A DNA stretch of 32,000 nt from Ferroglobus placidus DSM 10642 (GTDB lineage: Archaea; Halobacteriota; Archaeoglobi; Archaeoglobales; Archaeoglobaceae): positions 1,230,001-1,262,000 of the forward strand of contig NC_013849.1 of assembly GCF_000025505.1 (NCBI RefSeq), given 5' to 3'. Shown here piece after piece: positions 18,409-27,783 of this stretch. The notes beneath the pieces were generated by a model that had not been told where the DNA came from, ran no database searches, and saw nothing but the letters and a program-made list of their open reading frames with translations. The stretch's first letter is position 1. Each line of letters begins with the position of its first letter. The position numbers and the translations under genes were made by a program.

Positions 18409-19234
18409 AGATAATCGAAACATAATAAGGCTTGAAGAGCTCGAAGAGGGGCATAAAAAGTATTTAAGCAATAGCGAGCTTAAAAGCAAGCTTGAAAGTT
18501 ACAAAGGCAGAGTTCCTGCCGTTATTCTCAACGACATATACGAGTTGCTCAAGGGGAAAAAAGTTACTGAGGAGCAGTTGGAGAAAATCGTTTCGAGGAT
18601 AGAGAACAAGTTAAAGCAAACGGGCGGAGAAAACGTTGGAGAGCTCGTAGAAAAAATAGACAGATTGGAAAAGACCCTCTCGACGTTTTTAAAGAAATTC
18701 GAAGAGGAAATTGGGGAAAGAGCGAGAAAAAGGCTTGAAGAGGCTTACGAAGAGTTTTACGAATCTCCTGAGGTGACGGAAGAGAAGAAGGAGGAAGTAG
18801 AAAAAAAGGTGGAAGAAAGCAAAGAGCAGCCGAAGGTCGTGGAAGTGGACGAAGTGATTCCCAAGAGGGCTGTGAAGCTGGCTTCTATTCCGAACACAAC
18901 TAAAGCTATGATGTTCCTTCTCAAGTGGATAGAGTTCATGATAGAGAGGGTTGGCTACGATGGGTTAAACGATCTCCTTGATTACTACGTGGACATCGGC
19001 TGGATTTCGGAGGACGTCATGTTTGACGTGATGAGGTACGCTAAGGGAATAAAGCTCTACCACGAAAAGGCAGACTGGAGACCCATTGGCTATATGAACG
19101 TTCAGGATCACCTTATGTCTTTGCTTTTCATCGAAGCTTTGAGGACGGGAAGGATGAACAGAGACCTTTTGCTCGAAGTGGAGAGGCAGATATACAGGAT
19201 AAAGAAGGAGGTCAGCGAGATCAATGGGATTTAG
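18401..19234 (+). CDS. flaD: archaellum protein FlaD/FlaE
   Basis: C-terminal RAVKLASIPNTTKAMMFLLKWIEFMIERVGYDGLNDLLDYYVDIGWISEDVMFDVMRYAKG. Confidence 0.85.
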   Translation: MNEDNRNIIRLEELEEGHKKYLSNSELKSKLESYKGRVPAVILNDIYELLKGKKVTEEQLEKIVSRIENKLKQTGGENVGELVEKIDRLEKTLSTFLKKFEEEIGERARKRLEEAYEEFYESPEVTEEKKEEVEKKVEESKEQPKVVEVDEVIPKRAVKLASIPNTTKAMMFLLKWIEFMIERVGYDGLNDLLDYYVDIGWISEDVMFDVMRYAKGIKLYHEKADWRPIGYMNVQDHLMSLLFIEALRTGRMNRDLLLEVERQIYRIKKEVSEINGI

Positions 19235-19658
19235 CACCACTGCAGCTTTCGTCATACTGTTCATTCTCTCTTTAGCGATAGTGGGAGTTGCTTACTCAAC
19301 TTTTTACTCTCAAATCAAGGATTACGTTTACCAACTGAAGGAGGAGAGGGAAAAAGCCGTAGAAAAAGCCAACACTAAGCTGAGCATAGTGTCCATCTCT
19401 GCGGTAGGGTCAGCAACGACCCACAACTTGACGATGGTCGTCGAAAACACCGGCACAACTACGCTTAACGTTAGCAAGTTCGACCTCCTCGTTGACGGTT
19501 CTCTTGTGGACTTCGCTTACAACAGAACGGTACTTTATCCGGAAACCACGGTGGAAATAACGTCTTCAAATCTCGCTGGAGGTACGAACACAACTCATAG
19601 GCTGAAACTCGTAGCAGATAACGGTTATGCGATCTATGCAACATACACGGTGAGCTGA
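19224..19658 (+). CDS. flaF: archaellum protein FlaF
   Basis: N-terminal MGFSTTAAFVILFILSLAIVGVAYSTFYSQIKDY followed by beta-rich domain; operon position. Confidence 0.85.
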   Translation: MGFSTTAAFVILFILSLAIVGVAYSTFYSQIKDYVYQLKEEREKAVEKANTKLSIVSISAVGSATTHNLTMVVENTGTTTLNVSKFDLLVDGSLVDFAYNRTVLYPETTVEITSSNLAGGTNTTHRLKLVADNGYAIYATYTVS

Positions 19659-19659
19659 A

Positions 19660-20097
19660 ATGGGATTCGGGGAGGTAGCGTCGCATTTAATTCTGTTCAT
19701 TGCGGCGGTAATAATAGCCTCCTCAGCTTCAGCGATAATGTTCGTTACCGTGCAAAAAATAAGTATAGAAGCTGGTGAGCAGGGGGAAATTTTGAAAAAG
19801 GTAATAGGTACCGATTTTTCCATAATAAACGATCCAGCAAATGTAATTTACAATTCGACCCTCGGTGCTTACGTCATCTACATCAAGAACACGGGGACTG
19901 AGGAAATTCTTCTGACGAATAACACTTTGACCGTTATTCTCAACGGTCAGGTCGTTAATTTTCAATCTGACAGAGTTTTAATAAAGCCCGGGGAAACTGC
20001 TACGATTTACGTTTACTCTCCGCAAATAAACGGTGATGCTAAGCTGATAGTCGTCACGGATGTTGGCGTAAAGAAAACTTTCGAGTTCTCGGGGTGA
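19660..20097 (+). CDS. flaG: archaellum protein FlaG
   Basis: MGFGEVASHLILFIAAVIIASSASAIMFVTVQKIS and beta-rich domain; operon position. Confidence 0.85.
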   Translation: MGFGEVASHLILFIAAVIIASSASAIMFVTVQKISIEAGEQGEILKKVIGTDFSIINDPANVIYNSTLGAYVIYIKNTGTEEILLTNNTLTVILNGQVVNFQSDRVLIKPGETATIYVYSPQINGDAKLIVVTDVGVKKTFEFSG

Positions 20098-20101
20098 GAG
20101 C

Positions 20102-20797
20102 ATGGTAAATCTTTTCTCGGTTCAAATAGAAAACGACGAGTTCCACAAAAAAATTGGTGGCGGTTTGCCCAAGGGTACTTTCGGCTTAATCATCGGGGAG
20201 AGCGGCAGTGGAAAGAGCGTGGTCTGTCAGAGAATGACGTACGGGTTGCTGAAAAATGACGTCTCCGTTAGCTACGTGTCTTCTCAGCTTACAACTGTAG
20301 ATTTCATAAAGCAAATGGCGAGTTTGGGTTATGGCGTTGAAAAATTCATAATTTCCGGAAAGTTGAAGTTTTTTCCCGTTTACCCCCTCATAAGCGAGGT
20401 AAAGAAGAGGGAGAGGTATATAGAGAAACTAATTTCCGGCAGACACATTTTTGAAAGCAACGTGATAGTTATCGACTCTCTCTCAGCCCTCGTAAAATTC
20501 GATATAAACCCCGATTCAGCCATAGACCTCGTAAGCTTCATCAAGAGAGTCGTTGCGACGGGAAAAGCGGTTGTAGCAACACTCGTTCCCGGGGAGATAG
20601 ACGAATCATCTTTCCTCGAATTAGAGAGTGCAGCCACTTTTGTGGCTGAATGCAGCTTGAGGAAGTTTGGAGCTGATATAAAGAACACCATGACGATCAA
20701 GAAATACAACTTGGCTCAAATGCAGTACCAGAAGCAGATCGCATTCAGAGTCGAGCCGAAGATCGGCTTGGTCGTTGAAATAGCGGCGGTGGCGTAA
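20102..20797 (+). CDS. flaH: archaellum ATPase-like protein FlaH
   Basis: IGGGLPKGTFGLIIGESGSGKSVVCQRMTYGLL; VIVIDSLSALVKF. Confidence 0.93.
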   Translation: MVNLFSVQIENDEFHKKIGGGLPKGTFGLIIGESGSGKSVVCQRMTYGLLKNDVSVSYVSSQLTTVDFIKQMASLGYGVEKFIISGKLKFFPVYPLISEVKKRERYIEKLISGRHIFESNVIVIDSLSALVKFDINPDSAIDLVSFIKRVVATGKAVVATLVPGEIDESSFLELESAATFVAECSLRKFGADIKNTMTIKKYNLAQMQYQKQIAFRVEPKIGLVVEIAAVA

Positions 20798-22444
20798 ATG
20801 AAGGCGGTAAAATCCGACAGACTCGACGTCGCTTTGAAGAGGAACCCTCACCTAAAAAGATACCTCGACAACTTCAGAAAGAGGGAGGGGACGATTCCGA
20901 ACTTCGTCGTTCAGCTTTCGAGAGATATGAAAGCTTTGCCGAGACCGAACTTGATTTATCCAGTTGGAGATCCCATTTTCATACACATTTGGACGGACAG
21001 GGAGGGAAAGAAGCACTACATCGCCATAGAACCGAGGTTGAAATCCGAGGAGGACGAAGAGAAGTTTAGGGCTGTTATGGACATGATGCTGGAGCTTGCT
21101 CCCTACGAGAAGGAGCCTCAGAGTGAGGAGGAAATGGAGAAGCTGATAGATACTCTCTTCGACAGGGTTACTGAAGTTACTGAAAGTAAGAGACCCTACA
21201 AGAAGAGGAGTCGATTCTCTCTCGGGATAGAAAAGATTCCGTTGACTTACGAGGAAGCGTACACATTTCGTTACTTAATAAAGAGGGAGGTTCTTGGAGT
21301 TGGTCCGTTGGAGCCGCTCGTTAGAGATCCGTACATCGAAGACATCCATGTTATAGGACCGAAGAACACTCACATAGTCCACAAGATCTTCGACATGATG
21401 CCGACGAACATAGAATTCGGCGATGAGCTGAAGATGGCTGAATTCTTGAAGGGACTCGGAGAGAGAATGGGTCGTCCGGTGAGTGAAAAGGAACCGATCG
21501 TCGACGGATCTTTACCGGATGGAAGCAGAATTAATATAATCTATTCTACGGACGTTAGCTTAAAGGGACCCTCCTTCACGATAAGAAAGTTTACGGCAGT
21601 GCCGATCAGCATAACTCAGCTCATAGCTTGGGGGACACTTTCGGCTGAGATAGCCGCTTATCTCTGGCTCTGCTTGGAATACGGGATGAGCATATGGGTG
21701 AGCGGTGAAACGGCAAGTGGAAAAACCACGACGCTTAACGCAATGATTCCGTTTATTAAGCCCGACTCGAAGATCTACACTGCTGAAGACACTCCGGAAG
21801 TCCAAGTCCCTCATCCGGTCTGGCAGCAGCTTAACACGAGAGAAAGGGGCGAAGTGGGTAGAGTTGATCTGTTCGATTTGCTCAGAGCAGCTTTGAGGAG
21901 CAGACCCAACTACATCATAGTCGGAGAGATTAGAGGAAAGGAGGGAGCGATCGCTTTTCAGGCTATGCAGACTGGTCACCCGGTTTTAGCTACCTTTCAC
22001 GCTGGTAGCGTTAAGAAGTTAATTCAACGTTTAACGGGAGATCCGATCAACGTCCCCATAACTTTCATAGACAACCTGAACGTCGTTTTGATTCAGCAGG
22101 CGGTCTACAGAAAGGGACAGTTCCTCAGACGATGTTTGGTCGTTGAGGAGATAGAGGGATATTACGAAGAGATAGGTGGTGTGGTAACGAGATCCGTTTT
22201 CGAGTGGGACAGCGTTACGGACACTCACGTCTTCAGAGGACTTTACAACAGCTACGTTCTGGAAAACAAAATCGCTCAAACGGCTGGATTCGACGATCCG
22301 AGAAAAATCTACGAGGAGATGGAGCTGAGAGCGAGAATTCTCAGGAGGATGGTCGAGGAGAAGATATTCGACTACTACGAGGTTGTGAAGATCATTTGGA
22401 ACTTTTACAAAAAAGGAATGGAAGGTTTGCCCTTCAGGTTGTGA
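20798..22444 (+). CDS. flaI: archaellum motor ATPase FlaI (type II/IV secretion ATPase family)
   Basis: EPIVDGSLPDGSRINIIY, WVSGETASGKTTTLNAMIPF, IYTAEDTPEVQVPHP, YIIVGEIRGKEGAIAFQAMQTGHPVLATFHA. Confidence 0.96.
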   Translation: MKAVKSDRLDVALKRNPHLKRYLDNFRKREGTIPNFVVQLSRDMKALPRPNLIYPVGDPIFIHIWTDREGKKHYIAIEPRLKSEEDEEKFRAVMDMMLELAPYEKEPQSEEEMEKLIDTLFDRVTEVTESKRPYKKRSRFSLGIEKIPLTYEEAYTFRYLIKREVLGVGPLEPLVRDPYIEDIHVIGPKNTHIVHKIFDMMPTNIEFGDELKMAEFLKGLGERMGRPVSEKEPIVDGSLPDGSRINIIYSTDVSLKGPSFTIRKFTAVPISITQLIAWGTLSAEIAAYLWLCLEYGMSIWVSGETASGKTTTLNAMIPFIKPDSKIYTAEDTPEVQVPHPVWQQLNTRERGEVGRVDLFDLLRAALRSRPNYIIVGEIRGKEGAIAFQAMQTGHPVLATFHAGSVKKLIQRLTGDPINVPITFIDNLNVVLIQQAVYRKGQFLRRCLVVEEIEGYYEEIGGVVTRSVFEWDSVTDTHVFRGLYNSYVLENKIAQTAGFDDPRKIYEEMELRARILRRMVEEKIFDYYEVVKIIWNFYKKGMEGLPFRL

Positions 22445-22448
22445 GAGC

Positions 22449-24116
22449 ATGAATCTCAGACATCTCGGAATCGATTCGAAGAAGTACGTGAGGTTCATTC
22501 TACTGCCGAGTGTAGTAGCCGCTCTGGTAACGTATTTGTTCGTTCTCGTATACGTTCCGAAGCTCAACCTCGGTTTATTTAGCATTCTCTTTTACACGAT
22601 TCCGATATTCATACTTCTCCCCGGAGTGCTTTATCCGAAAATAATTGAGGTTCGCTTCAAAAACGACATAGAGAACAACATCCACTTTTACATAACCCAT
22701 CTCGGAGTCCTCTCCATCTCCGAAATTGATAGGAAAGAAATGATGAAGATTCTTTCGGAGAGGAAGGAGTACAAATCCTTAGCTGAGGAGACGAGGAAAA
22801 TTTACCTTCTCATGGCTAAGTGGAAGACAAGCTTAGCTCAAGCCTGCAGGTTTATAGCGAAAAGAACTCCAAGTAAGATTTTTGCAGACTTCCTCGACAG
22901 AATGGCTCACGAGATAGATAGCGGAGAGGACTTCAAAGTGTTTATAAAAAGGGAGCAGAAAGTCGTGATGGACGACTTCGCAACGCTTTACACGGGAAAA
23001 CTCTACAGCGTGGACATGTTCAAGGAAATTTACGTCTCCATAATCCTATCCCTAAGTTTCTTCGCGGCTTTCGGAATAATAATGCCCTTCCTGACCGGTT
23101 TGAACGTTATGCTCATAATGTATTTGATCATAATCTTTTTCTTCATAACGGAGATCGGTGTGATAACGTACTTGAAAGCTGTAGCACCTCAGGATCCTCT
23201 CTGGCAGACCTCTGGGGAATACACCGACGTTGACAGAAAGCTGTATAGACTTTTCGCGCTGTCGATGGTAATCTTTCTTGCAGTTTTCACGGCTTTACTC
23301 TTTGCGAACTACGTTTACCACTTGATTGATTTGCCCTTCTCGTTCTTAATGGCTATCTCGCTAACGCCCCTCCTAATTCCCGGGTTTGTTGCTAAGAAGG
23401 AGGAGGGGATGATCAAGGACAAGGACAAGAATGCACCCTCCTTTATAATGAGTCTCGGAGCTTCTGCTTCGGCGAGGGGTGGAAACATCCTTGAGAGTTT
23501 GAAATACCTGACTGCCCATGATTTTGGGGCTTTGACTGAAGACATAAGGGCGCTGTACAAGAGGTTGAAAACGAGGATAAACAAAAGGAGGGCTTGGGAG
23601 AAATTCGCCATCTCAACCAACAGCAACCTGATTTACCGATTTACAGACATGTTCGTCGAAGCGTTAAATCTCGGAACAGATCCGATAGATGCGGCGGAAA
23701 TAATTTCGGAGAACTTTATAGCGATAAACAACCTGAGGGCGAGGAGAGCTCAGTCGGCGAGCTCCTTTGTGGGGATAGCTTATGGAGTGATAATTGGAAT
23801 CGCTTTTGCTCTCTACATATCTTTCGGCGTCGTCGAAGCTATGAACAACCTCTATTCCTCCCTTCAAATAGCGGGAGAAGTTGTGGGAAGTATACTTCAC
23901 ACGGTCCCGGCGGAAGACCTATCCGTACTTTCGAACCTGATAACCCTCCTGCTTATCGCGCATGCGGTAATGGCTACCTTTGCCATAAAAATAATGGACG
24001 GCGGTAGGTTTATGGCTGGATTAATTCATACGGTCGGAATGAGCTGGGTGGCAGCTTTGAGCGGTTACGTAAGTCAAATGGCGATAAAATCTCTGCTCGG
24101 AATGGGCGGAATTTAG
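22449..24116 (+). CDS. flaJ: archaellum membrane platform protein FlaJ
   Basis: Polytopic 555-aa protein with GadC/T2SF-like segments (LIRSL-type FIMSLGASASARGGNILESLKYL), directly after flaI. Confidence 0.92.
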   Translation: MNLRHLGIDSKKYVRFILLPSVVAALVTYLFVLVYVPKLNLGLFSILFYTIPIFILLPGVLYPKIIEVRFKNDIENNIHFYITHLGVLSISEIDRKEMMKILSERKEYKSLAEETRKIYLLMAKWKTSLAQACRFIAKRTPSKIFADFLDRMAHEIDSGEDFKVFIKREQKVVMDDFATLYTGKLYSVDMFKEIYVSIILSLSFFAAFGIIMPFLTGLNVMLIMYLIIIFFFITEIGVITYLKAVAPQDPLWQTSGEYTDVDRKLYRLFALSMVIFLAVFTALLFANYVYHLIDLPFSFLMAISLTPLLIPGFVAKKEEGMIKDKDKNAPSFIMSLGASASARGGNILESLKYLTAHDFGALTEDIRALYKRLKTRINKRRAWEKFAISTNSNLIYRFTDMFVEALNLGTDPIDAAEIISENFIAINNLRARRAQSASSFVGIAYGVIIGIAFALYISFGVVEAMNNLYSSLQIAGEVVGSILHTVPAEDLSVLSNLITLLLIAHAVMATFAIKIMDGGRFMAGLIHTVGMSWVAALSGYVSQMAIKSLLGMGGI

Positions 24117-24214
24117 CGGTAGATAAATTTAATAATATATTCTAAATGATCTTCATCAATTTGTCGAAAATGCTTATATATCATTGTCATGATAATAGTT
24201 ATAGGTGTTCTTCC

Positions 24215-24547
24215 ATGTTCGAGACGCCCCACTTCATCACTATCGACCCCCACATCCTCAGGAGTATAAATAAAAGTGTTTTGAGAAAAAAAGTGCTTTT
24301 TTACCTTTACAGCATTTACCCCAACTATGACTACCTCGCCAACATCTCGAGAAGGGTGAGGAGCGATCCCACAAACGTTCTTGGCTGTTTGAAGGGAATG
24401 GGTAACAGGTACAACGGTTCGAGTTCTTTAATAGAGCTCGGACTCGTTGAAGTTGTAGAGAAGGACGGCTACAAGTACTATCGTATAACGGATCTTGGAA
24501 GGAAAGTAGTGGAATACGTCAGGGAAGTTTATGGTGATTACATATGA
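24215..24547 (+). CDS. winged-helix regulator, candidate EarA-like archaellum regulator
   Basis: MFETPHFITIDPHILRSINKSVLRKKVLFYLYSIYPNYDYLANISRRVRSDPTNVLGCLKGMGNRYNGSSSLIELGLVEVVEKDGYKYYRITDLG; adjacent to flaJ. Confidence 0.7.
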   Translation: MFETPHFITIDPHILRSINKSVLRKKVLFYLYSIYPNYDYLANISRRVRSDPTNVLGCLKGMGNRYNGSSSLIELGLVEVVEKDGYKYYRITDLGRKVVEYVREVYGDYI

Positions 24548-25419
24548 TGAAGCTTCTGTACGAGCTTGATTCGATGCTTGACGCTATTTACGGCTACATG
24601 GTTCTGAAGGCATACGTATTCTCGTTGAGATTTAACGGCAACTACGCTAACGGTGATTACGCAGAAAGGTGGAAAAAATATATAGAAAAATTTGATAAAA
24701 AGGAGCTTAACAAAGCTTGCGAGTCGTTAAAGAATTGCAAAGACGGGAAAGTTCTCGATTTGGTTGATGCGATGGATCGCTCTTCGTACTACGCTTTAAT
24801 TCATCCTGAACACCCGAACATAACCCTCGGATTTATAAAGGACGCAGATCTCTGGAATCTCTGGCTTGAATCGGGGATTTACAGATACGCGAGGAGTGCT
24901 ATCGCAGACGTCGTTGGAATTGGCATTGGGGACAAGATCGTTGATTTCGGTTGTGGAAGCGCCTCTCCAAGGTTTTACGCGTCTCTCGTGGGCAGTTCTG
25001 GAGCGTATGTAGGGGTGGATTACTCCAAGCCCCTCCTAAACATAGCGGAAAAGAAGTGCAAGAATGAGAATATAATCGATAGAGTTAAGCTAATTCACGC
25101 GAAAGCGGAATCGAGGATACACTTCAACAAAAGGTACGACATTGCGGTGATCTCCGCTGTAGCTGAGTATTCGTCTCTTAACGGAATTTTAAGGAATGCT
25201 TTAGAGGCTTTGGGGTACGAGGGCAACATCGCTATATTTTCGGAGCTTTTCGTCGATTTGCAGCCGGAAAGGGAAGAGCTTTTTAACCTCTACTATTCTT
25301 TGATCCCCGGCTTCACGTCTTTCCCATCTTTAGGAGAAATAAGAGAATTTTTTGAAAAAACCGGGGTGGACTACTCTATAGAAACCTACGGAAACCACCT
25401 CGTGGTAATTCAGCTTTGA
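24544..25419 (+). CDS. SAM-dependent class I methyltransferase
   Basis: KIVDFGCGSASPRFYASLVGSSGAYVGVDYSKPLL...YDIAVISAVAEY; ATGA overlap with the wHTH gene. Confidence 0.82.
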   Translation: MMKLLYELDSMLDAIYGYMVLKAYVFSLRFNGNYANGDYAERWKKYIEKFDKKELNKACESLKNCKDGKVLDLVDAMDRSSYYALIHPEHPNITLGFIKDADLWNLWLESGIYRYARSAIADVVGIGIGDKIVDFGCGSASPRFYASLVGSSGAYVGVDYSKPLLNIAEKKCKNENIIDRVKLIHAKAESRIHFNKRYDIAVISAVAEYSSLNGILRNALEALGYEGNIAIFSELFVDLQPEREELFNLYYSLIPGFTSFPSLGEIREFFEKTGVDYSIETYGNHLVVIQL

Positions 25420-25793
25420 AGAACTCTCCTAATCTCTTCAGGTATTTTCCTCCTTTTCCAGCTCTTATCTACGCAGACGCAGGAGATTTTTCCCCTTGCG
25501 ACGACCTCGCTTTTTCTTTTCGCTTCGAATCGAAACGTCACGCTACTCTCTTTCAGCTCCTCGACGAAAACGTCCACGTTTATTTCGTCATCGTACCTCG
25601 TTGGAGCGTCAAACTTGCCCTCAGCGTAAACTATGGGAAACGCGTAATCCTCTTGGACGTTCCTGTAGAAGAGCTCAGGCTTTATTCCCCTTTCTCTCAA
25701 GAACTCGTCCAGTGCCTCTTTAAAGTAGTTGAAGTAAGAAGCAAAATACGTCACGCCGAAGGGATCCGTTTCTCCGAACCTAACCCTCCTCAA
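25410..25793 (-). CDS. acyl-CoA thioesterase, 4HBT/hotdog family
   Basis: RRVRFGETDPFGVTYFASYFNYFKEALDEFLRERG; F.APTRYDDEINVDVFVEELKESSVTFRFE. Confidence 0.85.
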   Translation of the reverse strand: MRRVRFGETDPFGVTYFASYFNYFKEALDEFLRERGIKPELFYRNVQEDYAFPIVYAEGKFDAPTRYDDEINVDVFVEELKESSVTFRFEAKRKSEVVARGKISCVCVDKSWKRRKIPEEIRRVLQS

Positions 25794-26113
25794 ATCAGAC
25801 CCCTCTTTTTTAGGAAGTCTTCAACGACCGGCAAAACCTTGTCGAGAACTTCTCTCTCTTCTCCGCTGACTCTCAGCATTATCAAAGCGTTTGTATCAGC
25901 TGGAGGTGCGACAGCCATTTCTACGCCATCTATTTTCGCATCCCTAACGGCTTTTGCTATTTCCCCCTTTGCAACTATTTTATCTCCAACTTTGAGGAGG
26001 TAGCCATGATGCTCCGAATTGGGCAGCTCGAAGTGAAGGACTATCGTCGAGTAATTCTTTCCCTTTTCGAGGGTTTGAACCTTTACTTTTCTTCCTTTGT
26101 ACTCGAACTCCAT
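25790..26113 (-). CDS. conserved hypothetical protein
   Basis: 107-aa ORF in the same transcription unit as the thioesterase (ATGA overlap). Confidence 0.6.
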   Translation of the reverse strand: MEFEYKGRKVKVQTLEKGKNYSTIVLHFELPNSEHHGYLLKVGDKIVAKGEIAKAVRDAKIDGVEMAVAPPADTNALIMLRVSGEEREVLDKVLPVVEDFLKKRGLI

Positions 26114-26118
26114 GTTTC

Positions 26119-26132
26119 GAAAGTTAACTTTC
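26119..26132. promoter_or_regulatory. perfect 14-bp palindrome in divergent promoter region
   Basis: GAAAGTTAACTTTC, 5 nt upstream of the minus-strand start at 26113. Confidence 0.4.
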
Positions 26133-26193
26133 CTGGTGAAAAGAGTAATGTTTTTATTCTTCCCTTAAACCATGATTAATAGTGGTGATAAAA

Positions 26194-26628
26194 ATGCCGG
26201 AGAAAATGAGAGTAGTCTTATGTGGCTACGATCCGATGCTCGTGAGGGGATACGTGAAAGCGAAGAATGAAGAAGCGCTGTGGTTCTACCTGCCAAAAGA
26301 GCTTTACGAAGATTACAAGCTGAAACCGGGAGATAAGGTGAAGGGCGTTGTGGAGAAAATATACGCCGGAAAAACTGGAGAAATTGTAGCTGAGCCTAAC
26401 GAAGAGTTCGTCTGGGAAACATCGAGGTTCACGGGAATGGCTGTTGTTGTTGACCATGACTTCATAGCCAAATACAAGCTCACGGCTTGGCACTTCTTAG
26501 AGCTGACGGTAAATGCGATAATTCAGGACGGAGAAGAGAAGGAAGTTTATCCCGGAGAAACCAAGCAGAGGAAGTTCTGGCCGGATGAAAGACTAAAGCT
26601 CCACTACACCCTCGACTACGTTGAGTAA
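26194..26628 (+). CDS. conserved hypothetical protein
   Basis: MPEKMRVVLCGYDPMLVRGYVKAKNEEALWFYLPKELYEDYKLKPGDKVKG...; overlaps the next gene by 8 nt. Confidence 0.65.
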   Translation: MPEKMRVVLCGYDPMLVRGYVKAKNEEALWFYLPKELYEDYKLKPGDKVKGVVEKIYAGKTGEIVAEPNEEFVWETSRFTGMAVVVDHDFIAKYKLTAWHFLELTVNAIIQDGEEKEVYPGETKQRKFWPDERLKLHYTLDYVE

Positions 26629-27667
26629 AATGTGGGAAGAAGTTGAAGGTTTCAAACACCTTTTATTTTTGGAAGGTTACGGTTTCTCTTCCAACATTTA
26701 CGCACTCAGACGCTCTTCCATAGCTTTAATAGATGTTGGAAACGATTACACGGCTTTTTTCGAATTTAAAGAGGAGGTTGGAGAGATCTCTGAAATCGAT
26801 CAGATTTTCTTAACTCACTCCCACAACGATCACACTCTCGGCTTGCTTGAGCTCTTTAGAGCTTACAAAGACTTCGATAACGTCGAGATTTTCGTTCACG
26901 AGCTCATGAAGGATGCGATAGAAAAGAGAGCGAAAACGTTTGGGAAGAAAGTGAAGGTTGTAGGGGTTAGAGGTGGGGAGAACATTAATTTTGGCGGAGA
27001 AGAAGCGATAATTCTGAAAACTCCAGGACACACGATAGATTCGCTAAGCCTTTATCTTAAAGAAAAGCAAGCCCTCTTTTCCGGAGATGCGGTCGTTATG
27101 AACCCCGTAATTGACGAAAGTCTCGGAGGGAGACTGATCGACTACGTAATTTCGCTGAGGCATTTAAGGAAGGTGGAAATCTCGGCGATTTTTCCAGGGC
27201 ATGGCTACTACGCTTTGAAAGGTGCGAAGGACATTCTCGATAAGGCTTATTTAAAAGCTATAAGTTTTCTTGATCCGGACAAACCTCTGAAGGATGTCGC
27301 TAAAAAAGCATTAGCCCTTGGAATGGTGGAAGAGGCTGAATACGCTTTGGAAAAGCAGTTGGAGTTCGAGTTCGACGAAGAGGCTCTTTTTGGATTGGCG
27401 TCGATAAAAGCAGATAAGGGGGAGCTTGAAGTAGTTAAGGGGCTGCTTAAAAACTACGACACGTTCGAGACATACCACATTATCGGAGTAGCAGCTATGA
27501 AAGCGGGGAAGTTTGATGAAGCCGCAAATTACCTCAAAAAAGCCCTCGAAATTAAGGAAGATAAGAGTATCAAGCTGCTTCTTGCCACGGCTCTTTATGA
27601 AGATGGGAAAGTCGAAGAAGCGATGAAAATCGAGGAGTTTAAATCCATTTTATCGAAAATCAAATAA
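26621..27667 (+). CDS. metallo-beta-lactamase fold hydrolase with C-terminal TPR-like repeats
   Basis: LTHSHNDHTLG, TPGHTIDSLSLYL, FSGDAV, FPGHG motifs; C-terminal KAGKFDEAANYLKKALEI-type helical repeats. Confidence 0.85.
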   Translation: MSKMWEEVEGFKHLLFLEGYGFSSNIYALRRSSIALIDVGNDYTAFFEFKEEVGEISEIDQIFLTHSHNDHTLGLLELFRAYKDFDNVEIFVHELMKDAIEKRAKTFGKKVKVVGVRGGENINFGGEEAIILKTPGHTIDSLSLYLKEKQALFSGDAVVMNPVIDESLGGRLIDYVISLRHLRKVEISAIFPGHGYYALKGAKDILDKAYLKAISFLDPDKPLKDVAKKALALGMVEEAEYALEKQLEFEFDEEALFGLASIKADKGELEVVKGLLKNYDTFETYHIIGVAAMKAGKFDEAANYLKKALEIKEDKSIKLLLATALYEDGKVEEAMKIEEFKSILSKIK

Positions 27668-27738
27668 TAAATATTCAAAATAATTATCCAGTCAACTTAT
27701 CGCCTCGCTTCAACACTCATTAAAAACCATTAAACTTA

Positions 27739-27752
27739 TATTGTTGACAATA
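27739..27752. promoter_or_regulatory. palindrome overlapping TATA element of the CoA-transferase operon
   Basis: TATTGT-TG-ACAATA; CTTATATT TATA-like element overlaps its left edge. Confidence 0.45.
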
Positions 27753-27783
27753 ATATATCATGTCAAATCGTGGAGGTGAAGAG

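Noticed and set aside
24181-24192. Short inverted repeat TCATTGTCATGA upstream of the wHTH gene as an operator
   Set aside because: Only 4-bp arms and no outward extension; too weak to claim.
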